A stretch of 64,000 nucleotides of DNA from an uncultured Chloroflexia bacterium (GCA_963748625.1 CAVVJT010000007.1:352001-416000); one strand, 5' to 3'; shown: positions 18,992 through 29,607, counted from the first letter of the stretch. The notes: generated by a model not told the origin, from the letters alone. A program made the numbers and translations.

Positions 18992-20063
18992 ATGGAGCTC
19001 GATCGTTGTCGCCGTCTCGTCCCCCTCGCGGGACTCGCCCTTGCGGGCGCGCTGGCACTGGGTGGCTCGCCGCTGCTGGCGGCGGCCCCGCGACCGTGGG
19101 TGCCGGCAGCGTGCGGGGACGGCGGGGCGCCGCCGGGAGCAGGCAGCACGTGGTACCGGCTGGACCCGGTGCTCGACGGTGCCGGGTCCCTGGCGGGGAT
19201 GCGGCTGCAGGCCGGCGACGGGTTTGGACCGGTACGGGCGCTCGGGCTCCCCGCCGAGGCGTTCGCGAGCGGCCCGGTGCAGGGTCGGGTGATCGCCGGC
19301 GAGGACGACGGGTCGCGATCCCTGGTCCGGGCGCTGGACCCGGCACGGGGTTGCGCCACGGTGGTCGCGCAGGTGCGATGACGCGGTGGTCCGGAGCGCC
19401 GTGGCGAGCGCTGACGGGCGCGCGTTGTACGAGCACCGCGTGGACCGGCGGACGCGCGCGGACCTGGGCGTGTGGCGGCGCGAGCTGGTCGGCTGGAAGA
19501 CCGCGGGGCCGGGCAGACGTGTGCTCGATCCCCTGCCTGCAGATCCGCTCTACGGTCCCACGTTCACGACTGGACTCCTCGTGACCCAGGACGGCGCGAT
19601 CGTCGCGTCATCGTGCGGGGAGCGGACATGCCGCGTCCGGGTGCTGGCACGCGACGGGACGGTGCGGGTCATCGGGCCCACCGGACCGGCGGTGGGCGCC
19701 GCGGGGGACGTCGTGGTGGCGCGCGAGGCCTGCAGCGGCCTGCCCTGCCCAGTCGTCGCGCACCACGCGGACGGATCCAGGCGGGTCCTCTCGCCGGATG
19801 CGCGCCTCGCGGCCCTGGGTGGGGCCGGAGGGGCAACGCTCGTCATCGAAGGGGACGGAGGGCGCCTGCAGGCCGTCGACGTGCGATCCGGGGCGACCAC
19901 CGCCCTCGATGCGGTCGGGCTGCTCCCCGTGGAAGGAGGCTCCCTCGCGACCAGCGGCGCCGCTTCCGCACCTGGCGAGATCGTGCTCGCACCGGCCGGC
20001 CGGGCTTCCGGCTCGGCTGCCGTCCGCCGCATCCTGCCCGCCGCCAAGGAGGTGGCTCCGTGA
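18992..20063 (+). CDS. Secreted hypothetical protein (beta-propeller-like), frameshifted near 19376
   Basis: GGAGG RBS and signal peptide; 18992..19381 continues in another frame (DDAVVRSA...) to 20063; GTGA overlap with the next gene. Confidence 0.6.
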
Positions 20064-21115
20064 TCCGCAGGCTCTCCACCACGACGCGTCTTGGGCGGGC
20101 AGTGGTGCTCGCGGCAGGCGTCCTCGCCGCCCTCCCGGCGGTGCTGGGCACGGTCTCGGCGCATTCGCCCGATCCCATGCTCGACGGTGGGCTGTACGCC
20201 CAGAACCAGGCACTCGACTATCGCTGGGCGAACGGCGGCACGCCGCCCTCGGCGATGAAGACAGCGATCAACGCGGCGGCCGACGACAGCAACGCGTCGC
20301 GCCGGAGCAAGGCGCCCGTCTTCGACTACGTGACAGGCGCGTCGAACACCATCTACTACGGCGTCGATGCCCAGTGCGGCGTGAACGGCCTCGCCTGCTT
20401 CAGCCGCAGCGCTCCCGACGGCTTCCGCATGTGGCTGCGCGAGAACGGCCATCGCTATGACTGGGGCACGCTGCGCTGGTGCGAGATGACGGGCGATCCG
20501 GACGGGTGTTACGAGGCAGAGACGATCACGCTCGACGAGTTCGGCCATGTCCTCGGGCTCAACCATCATGTGAACTTTGCCGACGACTCCGACTACGAGG
20601 ATGCCGTCGTCCAGACCTACTCCCGGACGAAGCCGCGCGCCGGCTGGAACGCCCACGTCTTCGGCCGATGTGACATCGCCGCGCTCCAGCAGGCGTATGA
20701 CGTGCTGGCCACGACCACGCTCTACTCGACCTGCCTGGACCTGCCGAGCGTGCTCACGCTCTCAGCGTCGAAGACCAGCGTCATCGAGGGTTCGGTCGTG
20801 ACGTTCACGGCGACCCTCAAGAGCGCCGGCACAGGACGCCTGTCCAACAACTTCGTCAGCGGCCGGACCGTGGTCCTGCAGCGCCGCGTGGCAGCGGGGT
20901 GGACGGACATGCAGGCGATGGCAACGGGATCCACGGGCACGTACACGACGCAGGTCGTGATGTGGAAGGACATGGAGCTGCGGGCCCTGTTCCGCAAGCC
21001 CGCGAACGAGGGGCTGCGGGCGGATGCGTCCGGCGCAGTGACGATCGGGGTGAGCGCGGCGTGCACGGACCTGCTGTGCCCGCTTGGCTCCGGGAGCACG
21101 GAGGTGGAGCAGTGA
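20060..21115 (+). CDS. Secreted matrixin/metzincin-like protein with DEFGHVLGLNH motif and C-terminal Ig-like domain
   Basis: AAGGAGG RBS, signal peptide, variant zinc motif, several cysteines. Confidence 0.7.
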   Translation: MIRRLSTTTRLGRAVVLAAGVLAALPAVLGTVSAHSPDPMLDGGLYAQNQALDYRWANGGTPPSAMKTAINAAADDSNASRRSKAPVFDYVTGASNTIYYGVDAQCGVNGLACFSRSAPDGFRMWLRENGHRYDWGTLRWCEMTGDPDGCYEAETITLDEFGHVLGLNHHVNFADDSDYEDAVVQTYSRTKPRAGWNAHVFGRCDIAALQQAYDVLATTTLYSTCLDLPSVLTLSASKTSVIEGSVVTFTATLKSAGTGRLSNNFVSGRTVVLQRRVAAGWTDMQAMATGSTGTYTTQVVMWKDMELRALFRKPANEGLRADASGAVTIGVSAACTDLLCPLGSGSTEVEQ

Positions 21116-21629
21116 GATGGGGTGTGACCATGCCGGCGCTCGTGCTGGCCGCGGTGCTGGCGACCGGGTGCGGAACGGGGCCGGAGAGCGCGACCGCGTC
21201 TCCGCCGGCAGCGGCGTCCGGTCCTTCAGGCGCGCCCACGCCGATCGCCGGTGAAGGTCCGCCAGCCGCGTTCCTGCATGGCTGCTGGCCTGGGTCGAGA
21301 AGGGCGCGCCCGGAGCCGAGGGCTCGTACACCTGGAACGGGCAGGGCTCGGACACACCGTGGATCGTCATGCCCGAGGCCGCGGCCCGCGGGCGCAGGTC
21401 CGTGGAGTGTGACCTTCGACCCGGGCTGCCCGTGGGCCAGTGGATGGCGCGCTGGGCGCCTGTGCGCGACGGAGATGCCGGCGATCCCGGAGGCAGGCGC
21501 CGCCGGGGCTGGCTCCCTCATCGTGGTGCCGGCGCCGTCCGCTCCGGGCACGTGGAGCCTGCAGTTGGAGGCGTCGTTCGGCCCGGCCGCGATGCGTCCT
21601 GGTACTGGACGGTGGACGTCCTGCCCTGA
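21112..21629 (+). CDS. Hypothetical lipoprotein with several frameshifts
   Basis: GGAGG RBS, GTGA overlap, LATGC lipobox; coherent segments (GSYTWNGQGSDTPW, GTWSLQLEASFG, ASWYWTVDVLP) alternate between frames. Confidence 0.55.
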
Positions 21630-21634
21630 ACGCA

Positions 21635-21666
21635 CGGATGCCGCCGGGACATCCCGGCGGCATCCG
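21635..21666. terminator. Perfect GC hairpin between convergent genes
   Basis: CGGATGCCGCCGGGA-CA-TCCCGGCGGCATCCG; no U tract. Confidence 0.6.
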
Positions 21667-21724
21667 CTCTCTGGATCTCTGTCGCGACAGGTGTGACGCG
21701 GGCGGCCTCGGGCCCGCGGCGGTC

Positions 21725-22003
21725 TCAGGCGAGGGCGCCCACCGGCTGGGCGTCGAACATCGAGACCTGCGCCTCCTCGGGCAGCATCACGCCGAAGATC
21801 TTCTGGAGGGCCAGAAGGTGGACGCAGGAACCCCAGCTCTCGAAGTAGTGGCAGGTGCAGTGCCACTGGCCGGCATCGAGGCTGACGTGATGGGTGTCGT
21901 TGTCACCGCGGAACGTCAGGGCGACACGCTCGAGCGAGATGCGGTCCAGCTCACGAGCGTAGCGATTCGCCTTCTCGACCTTGCCGATGAGAGAGGAGTG
22001 CAT
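21725..22003 (-). CDS. Small SWIM zinc-finger-like protein
   Basis: WHCTC...CVH (CxC-xn-CxH); GGAGG RBS. Confidence 0.8.
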   Translation of the reverse strand: MHSSLIGKVEKANRYARELDRISLERVALTFRGDNDTHHVSLDAGQWHCTCHYFESWGSCVHLLALQKIFGVMLPEEAQVSMFDAQPVGALA

Positions 22004-22324
22004 CGCCGATCAACCTCCAGTCGCCCTGGTTTCGGGCGTCTACGAGGGCCGCCGTCCGGCTGGACCAGCGCGCCGGTGATGGCGGTCTTCACCACGAAGC
22101 CTACACCCGTCGGCGGCCGGCGGTCAGCCCCCAATCGGGCGCGTTCCGGCCCACGTGGGGGGCGTTTCGCCCCGGCCTGAGCACGGCCTGCGTCGAGAAC
22201 CTGGGCTTTCCTGCCCGGCCCACGCTCAGGTCGGGCCATTCTGGCCCCCACGTGGGGCGCCGGTGATCGGTGATCGGCGTGGGGAGCCGGTGACGGGCGT
22301 GGGACGTGGGACGCCGGCGATCGG

Positions 22325-23806
22325 TCAGGAACCGCGGACGATCTGCTCCCCGGTGACGACCAGCTCGTCACGCAGCTCCGGCGATGAGGCCTCGGTGTAG
22401 ACGCGGACCAGGGGCTCCGTCCCCGACGCCCGCACGAGCAGCCACGAGCCGTCGGCGAGGAACCACTTGAAGCCATCCTTGGTGGTCAGCACCTGCGTGC
22501 GGACGATCGCCTCGCCCGCGAGCGAGCCAGGCGGCGTGGCCGCGAGATCCACCAGCAGCCGCTTCTTGACCCCGTCGTACAGCGCGCGCTCCACGTGGAC
22601 GTCGATGCGCCGGTAGAACGACGGCCCGGCGAGCTCGTGGAACAGCTCCACCGCGCGCGAGACAGGCCAGTTGCCGCGCGCGCGCTCCTTGAGGAACAGG
22701 TCCAGCAGCATCAGGTCGGCGTAGATGCCGTCGCGCTCGGGGAGGTGCATCCCGAACCCGAATCCGCCGGACTCCTCGCCACCCATCATGGCGCCCGTCT
22801 CGATCATCCGTGGGGCGATGAACTTGAACCCGACCGGGACCTCGTGGATCTGGATGCCGTAGTGCGCGCCCAGGGTCGCCACGGTGGAGGTGTTGTTCAC
22901 CGAGACCACGACCGGCTCACGGAGACCGCGGTACTCGGCGAGGTAGTACATGAGCAGGCCCGTGACCTCCAGCTGGTGGATGAACACGCCACGCTCGTCG
23001 GCCGCGCCCGCGCGATCCGCGTCACCATCGAGCAGCAGCCCGATGTCGAACCCGCCCGCCGCGATCCGCGCGAGGGCCTCGTCCACGTGCGGCCGGATCG
23101 GCTCCGGGTTGACCCCGCCGAAGTAGGGGTTCCGCTCGCCGTGGATCTCGGTCACCCGGATGCGACCGCCCGCAAGGAGGCGCGGGATCCAGCCGGCACC
23201 TGAGCCATACAGCGGGTCGACCAGGACGGACACATCCGCCGCGCGCAGCTCGTCAAGGTCCAGGGTCCGCCGGACGTAGGCCTCATACCCGTCGAACGGG
23301 TCGAACCACTCGACCAGGCCTGCCGCCTCAGCGTCGGCGAACGGCCGGCGCTCGATCAGCGTGCCCCCGTTGGCGGCGATGCCGGCCTCGATCGTCTTGA
23401 GCATCTCGGCGCCGCCCGCCGCTCCCGTGGGCGCCTTGACCTTGAACCCGTTGTCGACCCACGGGTTGTGCGAGGCGGTGATCACCACGCCCGCCGCCGC
23501 CCCGCGCTGGACGACCTCGTACGAGCACATCTGGGTGGGGACCGCGGTCCGGCTGATCGCGATCGGGACGTCGTGGGCGAGCAGGACCTCCGCCGCTGCC
23601 TGGGCGAAGTGCTCCGACTGGAAGCGGCGGTCGTAGGCGATGACCACGCCTTTCGCCTGCTCACCTCGCTCCACCACGTAGCGGGCGACGCCATCGGCGC
23701 ACCTGCGCACGTTCTCGAAGGTGTAGTCCTCGGCGACCCGGGCCCGCCAGCCGTCGGTACCGAAGACGATCCGGGTCGGTGTGGGCACCACTGCCTCGTT
23801 GGTCAC
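22325..23806 (-). CDS. Phosphoglucomutase/phosphomannomutase
   Basis: FGTDGWR, ITASHNP, DGDADR, GEESGG, RASGTEP; GTGA overlap with manC. Confidence 0.93.
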   Translation of the reverse strand: MTNEAVVPTPTRIVFGTDGWRARVAEDYTFENVRRCADGVARYVVERGEQAKGVVIAYDRRFQSEHFAQAAAEVLLAHDVPIAISRTAVPTQMCSYEVVQRGAAAGVVITASHNPWVDNGFKVKAPTGAAGGAEMLKTIEAGIAANGGTLIERRPFADAEAAGLVEWFDPFDGYEAYVRRTLDLDELRAADVSVLVDPLYGSGAGWIPRLLAGGRIRVTEIHGERNPYFGGVNPEPIRPHVDEALARIAAGGFDIGLLLDGDADRAGAADERGVFIHQLEVTGLLMYYLAEYRGLREPVVVSVNNTSTVATLGAHYGIQIHEVPVGFKFIAPRMIETGAMMGGEESGGFGFGMHLPERDGIYADLMLLDLFLKERARGNWPVSRAVELFHELAGPSFYRRIDVHVERALYDGVKKRLLVDLAATPPGSLAGEAIVRTQVLTTKDGFKWFLADGSWLLVRASGTEPLVRVYTEASSPELRDELVVTGEQIVRGS

Positions 23807-24888
23807 TGGCGAGCCTCCGCTGCAGCACATCGGTCGAGCAGGGCCTGCACGACGTCGAACGCGTCACGCGCCCCGCGCAGGACGGCGACGGGACGATCGG
23901 GAACCATCCTACCCGCGGTGCCGTGGCGGACCGCCAGGGTCCCACCTTCGGACTGGACAAGCAGGTCGTCCTCGCCCAGGACCACGGACTGTCCCGGCTG
24001 CACGACGCCGCCGTCGGCCGGATGCCCGAGGGCATCGAGCAGGGCCGGCCACCCGCCGAGATCGCTCCAGCCCACGTCGAGCGCAGCCATCACGACCTGG
24101 CGGTCGCGAGCGGCACCCTCCATCACGGCGTGGTCGATGGAGAGCGGCTGGATCCGCTCGTAGGCCACGGCCAGTGCCGCCGCCGACACGAGGGCGGGCT
24201 CGAGCACCGTGGGCAGCATGGTGTATCGCTCGAGGGCCGCGCGGATCGCCCGACGGCGCCACAGGAACATGCCGGCGTTCCAGGCGACGCCCGCCGTTTC
24301 AAGCAGCTCCCGTGCCCGGCCCGCGACCGGCTTCTCCTCGAACGCGCGCAGCGGGTACGCCGAGAGCCCGAGGACCTGCTGCCCCTCATCCGCCCGGGGC
24401 ACGAGGTAGCCGTACTCGGTGGCTGCGTGCGTGGGGTGAACACCCAGCGTCACCAGCGGCGAGTCGATCCCGAAAGCACCCCCCGCAAGTCCGCTGGCCG
24501 CGTCGGCCAGAACGCGCCGGAAGTCGGCCTCGCGCTCGGGGTCGATGCGGTGGTCGGCCGGCAGGACGACCATCACGTCGTCGTCGTCGCGGTCGATGGC
24601 CAGCGCCGCGAGGGCGACGGCGGCTGCCGTGTTGCGCCCGGCCGGCTCCGAGATGACCCGCACGCCTTCGAGCTGCTCGCGGACGAGCGTGGCGTAGCGG
24701 CGATCGGTGACGACCGCGATCGAGGAGCGGTCCAGGCCACCGAGCTCCGGGCCCTCGACGAGGCGCCTGACCGTGGACTGGAGCAGCGTCTCATCGCCGG
24801 TGAGGGGCAGGAACGGCTTCGGCCGGTCTGGACGGGAGAGCGGCCAGAGGCGGGTTCCGCCTCCCCCCGCCATGATCACGACATACAT
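23803..24888 (-). CDS. manC: Mannose-1-phosphate guanylyltransferase
   Basis: IMAGGGGTRLWPLSR..PKPFL, EPAGRNTA, PADH, FEEKP, WNAGMF, WSDLG. Confidence 0.9.
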   Translation of the reverse strand: MYVVIMAGGGGTRLWPLSRPDRPKPFLPLTGDETLLQSTVRRLVEGPELGGLDRSSIAVVTDRRYATLVREQLEGVRVISEPAGRNTAAAVALAALAIDRDDDDVMVVLPADHRIDPEREADFRRVLADAASGLAGGAFGIDSPLVTLGVHPTHAATEYGYLVPRADEGQQVLGLSAYPLRAFEEKPVAGRARELLETAGVAWNAGMFLWRRRAIRAALERYTMLPTVLEPALVSAAALAVAYERIQPLSIDHAVMEGAARDRQVVMAALDVGWSDLGGWPALLDALGHPADGGVVQPGQSVVLGEDDLLVQSEGGTLAVRHGTAGRMVPDRPVAVLRGARDAFDVVQALLDRCAAAEARQ

Positions 24889-25034
24889 ACCCGTCATTCT
24901 ACGGGCCACACGCTACTGCCCCGAGGCCGTGACGACGTTGCGCCCAGCGGCACGCTCCGCGGCCCCAGGCGCGAGATTCGCAGCCCGATGAAGGGAACGC
25001 AACGAAGTTCGCATCGCGAGTGACGCATTTCGCG

Positions 25035-25063
25035 TTGACGCGGGCCGTTCGGCTCCCTACGAT
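25035..25063 (+). promoter_or_regulatory. Sigma70-type promoter of the pot operon
   Basis: TTGACG-N17-TACGAT. Confidence 0.65.
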
Positions 25064-25114
25064 GCGGCGACCGATGGCCCCGGGGATCCATCCCCCGAAG
25101 TCGAGGATGCCCGC

Positions 25115-26353
25115 TTGACCAACCCGGCGCAGTCCGACCCGTCCTCCACGTCCCACACGCACCTCCCCGAGGGCGCGGTCCCCGCCGAGCACCCCAATTC
25201 CCTGCGCCACCCGGGCGGCGTCCACCACGCCCACGACGTCAGGCCGGACGTGGAGATCAGCCGCGTCACCAAGCGCTTCGGGGACGTGATCGCGGTCGAT
25301 GAGATGACGCTCGCCGTCGAGGCGGGCTCCTTCTACTCGTTCCTCGGGCCGTCCGGCTGCGGCAAGACGACCACCCTGCGCATGATCGCGGGCTTCGAGC
25401 AGCCGACATCGGGCGAGATCTACCTCGCCGGCACCCCGGTCGCGGGCGTCCCGCCGTACCGCCGGAACGTCAACACCGTGTTCCAGCACTACGCGCTGTT
25501 CCCGCACATGGACGTCGCGCAGAACGTCGCCTACGGCCTCAAGCAGAAGAAGGTGTCCAAGGGCGACATCACGCGCCGCGTCGGCGAGGCGCTGGAGCTC
25601 GTCCGGCTCGGCGGCTATGAGCGGCGGCGCACCTGGGAGCTCTCGGGCGGCCAGCAGCAGCGCGTCGCCCTCGCCCGCGCCCTCGTCAACCATCCCACCG
25701 TGCTCCTCCTCGACGAGCCCCTCGGCGCCCTGGACCTCAAGCTGCGCAAGGAGATGCAGCTCGAGCTCAAGGCGCTCCAGCGGGAGGTCGGGATCACGTT
25801 CGTGTACGTGACCCACGACCAGGAGGAGGCCCTCACCATGAGCGACACCATCGTCGTCATGCACCACGGCCGCATCCAGCAGCAGGGCCAGCCGGCGGAC
25901 CTCTACGAGCGTCCGGTCAACCGGTTCGTCGCCAACTTCATCGGGGTGTCCAACCCCATCGATGGCAAGCTCCTCGAGCTCGATCCGGCCTCTGGCCGGG
26001 CCACCGTCGAGAGCGACCGCGGCATGCACCTGACCGGGATCGTGACGGATCCCGAGGCGCGGCCGACCCCCGGCACGCACGTCATCGTGGCCGTGCGCCC
26101 GGAACGCATGCGCGTGGAGCCCGCGGCTCACGCGGCGCCCACGGGGGAAGGCTGGAGCAGCATCGAGGGCCGTGTCCACCAGGGCACCTACCTCGGTGAC
26201 CAGACGGAGTTCCGCATCACCACGGACGCGGCCGGCGAGGTGGTGGTACGACGCCAGAACGCGGCAGGCGCGGCTGATCTCTCGGGCATCGGCCCGGGGG
26301 ATGCCGTCGTCGTCCGCTGGGAAGACTCGGCCAACCTGATCCTCGTCGCCTGA
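25115..26353 (+). CDS. potA: Spermidine/putrescine ABC transporter ATPase
   Basis: GPSGCGKTT, VFQHYALFPH, LSGGQQQR, LDEPLGALD, C-terminal TOBE-like region. Start position uncertain. Confidence 0.9.
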   Translation: MTNPAQSDPSSTSHTHLPEGAVPAEHPNSLRHPGGVHHAHDVRPDVEISRVTKRFGDVIAVDEMTLAVEAGSFYSFLGPSGCGKTTTLRMIAGFEQPTSGEIYLAGTPVAGVPPYRRNVNTVFQHYALFPHMDVAQNVAYGLKQKKVSKGDITRRVGEALELVRLGGYERRRTWELSGGQQQRVALARALVNHPTVLLLDEPLGALDLKLRKEMQLELKALQREVGITFVYVTHDQEEALTMSDTIVVMHHGRIQQQGQPADLYERPVNRFVANFIGVSNPIDGKLLELDPASGRATVESDRGMHLTGIVTDPEARPTPGTHVIVAVRPERMRVEPAAHAAPTGEGWSSIEGRVHQGTYLGDQTEFRITTDAAGEVVVRRQNAAGAADLSGIGPGDAVVVRWEDSANLILVA

Positions 26354-26398
26354 CGAGGGCATCGCCCCATCGCCTATCTCTGGAGGAGGAGACGGACA

Positions 26399-27586
26399 AT
26401 GGCGGAGAGCCTTGACGACATCCTGAAGCGCGCATCCGCGAACCGCGTTCCGCGACGGAGCTTCCTGGCGGCCTCAGGTCTGCTGGGCGCCGGCGCGGTC
26501 CTGGCGGCCTGCGGCGGCGGCTCGGGCAGTGCAACCGCGGCCCCGGCCGCATCCAGCGGGGGTGGCGGCGCAACGGCGGCCCCGGCGGGCGACGTCGAGA
26601 AGCAGCTGTTCATGTACAACTGGTCCGACTACGTCAGCCCCGACAACATGGCGAAGTTCCAGGAGCAGTTCGGCGTCGAGCAGTTCCAGTACGACACCTT
26701 CGCCAACAACGAGGAGCTCCTCGCCAAGCTCCAGGCCGGGGCCACGGGCTACGACATCGCGGCTCCCACCGCCGAGTACGTGCCCGCCATGGTCGATGGC
26801 GGCTACATCCAGAAGCTGGACTGGAGCCGCATCCCCAACCAGCAGTTCATCAACCCGGCGTTCAAGGGCCAGGGCTGGGACCCCAACGACGAGTGGCAGC
26901 TGCCCAAGGACTTCGGCACGACCGGCATCCTCTACCGGAGCAAGGTCGTCAAGGAGCCCGTGACATCGTGGAAGGAGTTCCTCGATCTCGCCAAGGGCAA
27001 GTACTCGGGCAAGGTGGTCCTGGTGGACTCGATGGGCGACGTCTTCGTGATGCCGCTCAAGATGCTGGGCAAGTCCCTCAACTCCACCGAGAAGGCGGAT
27101 CTCGACGAGGCTCGCAAGATCCTGCTCGACCTGGCGCCGCACGTGCTCGCGCTGGACTCCGACACATACCAGGACAAGCTCGCCTCAGAGGAGGCGGTCC
27201 TGAGCCTTGCCTGGACCGGCCCGATCGTGGAGCTGCGCGCGAACCCGGATACGGCGGACATCGCGTACACCGTCCCGTCGGAGGGGTCGTTGTACTGGCT
27301 GGACACCTGGGTGCTGGTCAAGGACGCGCCGAATCCAAACGCGGCCTATGCCTTCCTCAACTTCATCCACGAGCCGGAGATCCAGGCCGAGGAGACGAAC
27401 TTCACCGGATACGGCTCGCCCAATGACGAGGCCAAGAAGTACATCGATCCGGCAGTGCTCAACGACCCGGCGATCTTCCCGCCGGCTGACGTGATGGCGA
27501 GCCTCGAGGGGGCGGTCGACACGTCCTCCAGCCAGCAGCGCATTGACATCTGGCAGGAGTTCAAGTCCAAGATCGGCCAGGGCTGA
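26399..27586 (+). CDS. potD: Polyamine ABC substrate-binding Tat lipoprotein
   Basis: RRSFL twin-Arg signal plus LAAC; YNWSDY, NEELLAKL, PSEGSLYWLD. Confidence 0.88.
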   Translation: MAESLDDILKRASANRVPRRSFLAASGLLGAGAVLAACGGGSGSATAAPAASSGGGGATAAPAGDVEKQLFMYNWSDYVSPDNMAKFQEQFGVEQFQYDTFANNEELLAKLQAGATGYDIAAPTAEYVPAMVDGGYIQKLDWSRIPNQQFINPAFKGQGWDPNDEWQLPKDFGTTGILYRSKVVKEPVTSWKEFLDLAKGKYSGKVVLVDSMGDVFVMPLKMLGKSLNSTEKADLDEARKILLDLAPHVLALDSDTYQDKLASEEAVLSLAWTGPIVELRANPDTADIAYTVPSEGSLYWLDTWVLVKDAPNPNAAYAFLNFIHEPEIQAEETNFTGYGSPNDEAKKYIDPAVLNDPAIFPPADVMASLEGAVDTSSSQQRIDIWQEFKSKIGQG

Positions 27587-27605
27587 TCAGGACCACCCCA
27601 GGACG

Positions 27606-28523
27606 ATGGCAGCGGCAGGCGACGACATCACCAGCGCCCGGGCGATCAGCGGCACGGGCAGCAAGGCGAAGGCCCGGCTGCTCACGGCCGCGCTGGTCGC
27701 GCCCGCGGGGCTCTGGTACCTCGTGCTGCTCGTGCTGCCGCTGACCATCGTTCTCGTGTTCTCGTTCGGGACCCGGGCTCCCAACGGCGGCTACCAGCCC
27801 GCATTCACCTTCGACAACTACCTCACGCTGATCACCCAGCCCCAGCGGCTGGAGCCGTTCATCACGTCGCTCTGGATGGCGATCGCGGGCACGATCGGCT
27901 GTCTCGTCGTGGGCCTGCCGCTCGCCTACTTCATGGCCAGCCGGGCGGGCAGGCGCAAGGGCCTGCTCGTCCTGCTGCTGGTCATCCCGTTCTGGACATC
28001 CTTCCTGATCCGGACCTACTCCTGGCTGATCATCCTGGGCAGGGAGAACATCGGCGGGTTCATCGGCGCGGCCATCGGCGACCCCGACTTCCGCATCCTG
28101 GGCACGCCGTTCGCGGTGCTGATGGGCCTGGTCTACGGCTATCTGCCGTTGATGGTGTTCCCGCTCTACGTGACCCTCGAGCGGATGGACTGGACGCTGG
28201 TGGAGGCGTCGAAGGACCTGGGTGCCGCCCGCTGGGCCACCTTCCGCCAGATCACGCTGCCGATCGTGCTGCCCGGCGTGATCACCGGCTCGATCCTGGT
28301 GTTCATCCCGATGATGGGCGAGTACGTCATCCCGGCGATCCTGGGCTATGGGCGCACGTTCCTCGCGGGCAACGCCCTCGTGGACGCCTTCATCCAGACC
28401 CGCAACTGGCCGTTCGGCTCCGCGATGGCGGTGGGCCTGATCCTGATCATGCTGGTCTCGGTGTCCTTCTACGTCTGGTTCGTCAACCGGGGACGGGCCG
28501 GACGTGAGGTGAGCGTCCTGTGA
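27606..28523 (+). CDS. potB: Polyamine ABC permease
   Basis: IPFWTSFLIRTYSW, EASKDLGA, NWPFGSA. Confidence 0.9.
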   Translation: MAAAGDDITSARAISGTGSKAKARLLTAALVAPAGLWYLVLLVLPLTIVLVFSFGTRAPNGGYQPAFTFDNYLTLITQPQRLEPFITSLWMAIAGTIGCLVVGLPLAYFMASRAGRRKGLLVLLLVIPFWTSFLIRTYSWLIILGRENIGGFIGAAIGDPDFRILGTPFAVLMGLVYGYLPLMVFPLYVTLERMDWTLVEASKDLGAARWATFRQITLPIVLPGVITGSILVFIPMMGEYVIPAILGYGRTFLAGNALVDAFIQTRNWPFGSAMAVGLILIMLVSVSFYVWFVNRGRAGREVSVL

Positions 28524-29431
28524 CCGCATCGCGTTCCGCCGGCGGCGCCGGTGCCAAGGCGGGTGTCGACCGCTGGGCGGGGTTCGTGGAGTTCTGGCTC
28601 CGCGCCCACACGACGCTGGTCTACACGTTCCTCTACCTGCCGATCGTCATCGTGGTGATCTTCAGCTTCAACGCGAACCAGCTGGCCACGATCTGGACCG
28701 GCTTCACCACCGACTGGTACGGCATCGCCCTCGGCGACAAGGTCGTCATGGCGGCACTGCGCAACAGCTTCTTCGTGGCACTCCCCACAGCGATCCTGTC
28801 GACCCTGTTCGGGACGATGGCGGCCCTTGGCCTGCAACGCGTGCCCAAGCGCTTGCGGATCGGCTTCGACGCCATGACCTACGTCTCGATCATCGTGCCC
28901 GAGATCGTCATCGCGCTCGCAACGCTGGTCATGTTCGCGTCGAGCTTCGTGATCATCAACGAGACGTTCGGGACCAGGCTCCAGCTGGGCATCCCCACCA
29001 TCGTGGCCGCCCACATGCTGTTCAACATCAGCTTCGTGCTGCTCCTGGTCCGGGCCCGGCTCTCGGGCATGGACCGGACGATGGTGGAGGCCTCGTTCGA
29101 CCTCTACGCGACACCGTGGCGCACGTTCCGCCAGATCACGTTCCCGCAGCTGCTGCCGGCGATCATCGCCGGCTTCCTGCTCTCGTTCACGTTCAGCTTC
29201 GACGACTACGTGATCACGTCGTTCGTGTCCGGCCCGGGATCGTCCACGCTGCCGATCTTCATCTTCGGCCAGGTCAAGCGCGGCGTGACGCCGGAGACCA
29301 ACGCGGTCGCCACGATGATGCTGCTGACCACGCTGGCGATGCTGGCGGTGGGCCAGCTGCTGCTCAAGAAGACCTCGTCGAGCGGGGCGAGCGGCGGCGA
29401 GAGCATGGCCTCGATGATCGCGGAGCGCTAG
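28520..29431 (+). CDS. potC: Polyamine ABC permease
   Basis: FLYLPI..VIFSFN, EASFDLYA, FTFSFDD, GVTPETNA. Confidence 0.9.
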   Translation: MTASRSAGGAGAKAGVDRWAGFVEFWLRAHTTLVYTFLYLPIVIVVIFSFNANQLATIWTGFTTDWYGIALGDKVVMAALRNSFFVALPTAILSTLFGTMAALGLQRVPKRLRIGFDAMTYVSIIVPEIVIALATLVMFASSFVIINETFGTRLQLGIPTIVAAHMLFNISFVLLLVRARLSGMDRTMVEASFDLYATPWRTFRQITFPQLLPAIIAGFLLSFTFSFDDYVITSFVSGPGSSTLPIFIFGQVKRGVTPETNAVATMMLLTTLAMLAVGQLLLKKTSSSGASGGESMASMIAER

Positions 29432-29494
29432 GAGCCGACCAGGCACACGCGCACTCGCAGACGTCCCCGTGGTCCCCCCAGACGTCCCGCGTGG

Positions 29495-29607
29495 TCCCCC
29501 ACCATAGGGGCGATTCCCGGCATCGCCTGTACGGCTCATCGACAGATTCAACGATCCGTCGGTTGAGTCACGAGGGCCCCTGGTCGAATGGCCCCAGAGG
29601 TGGAGGA
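29495..29607 (-). ncRNA. Candidate structured RNA (long interrupted hairpin), unassigned
   Basis: Four nested helices with G-U pairs that favour the minus strand; lies in a ~470-bp gap between convergent genes. Confidence 0.4.
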
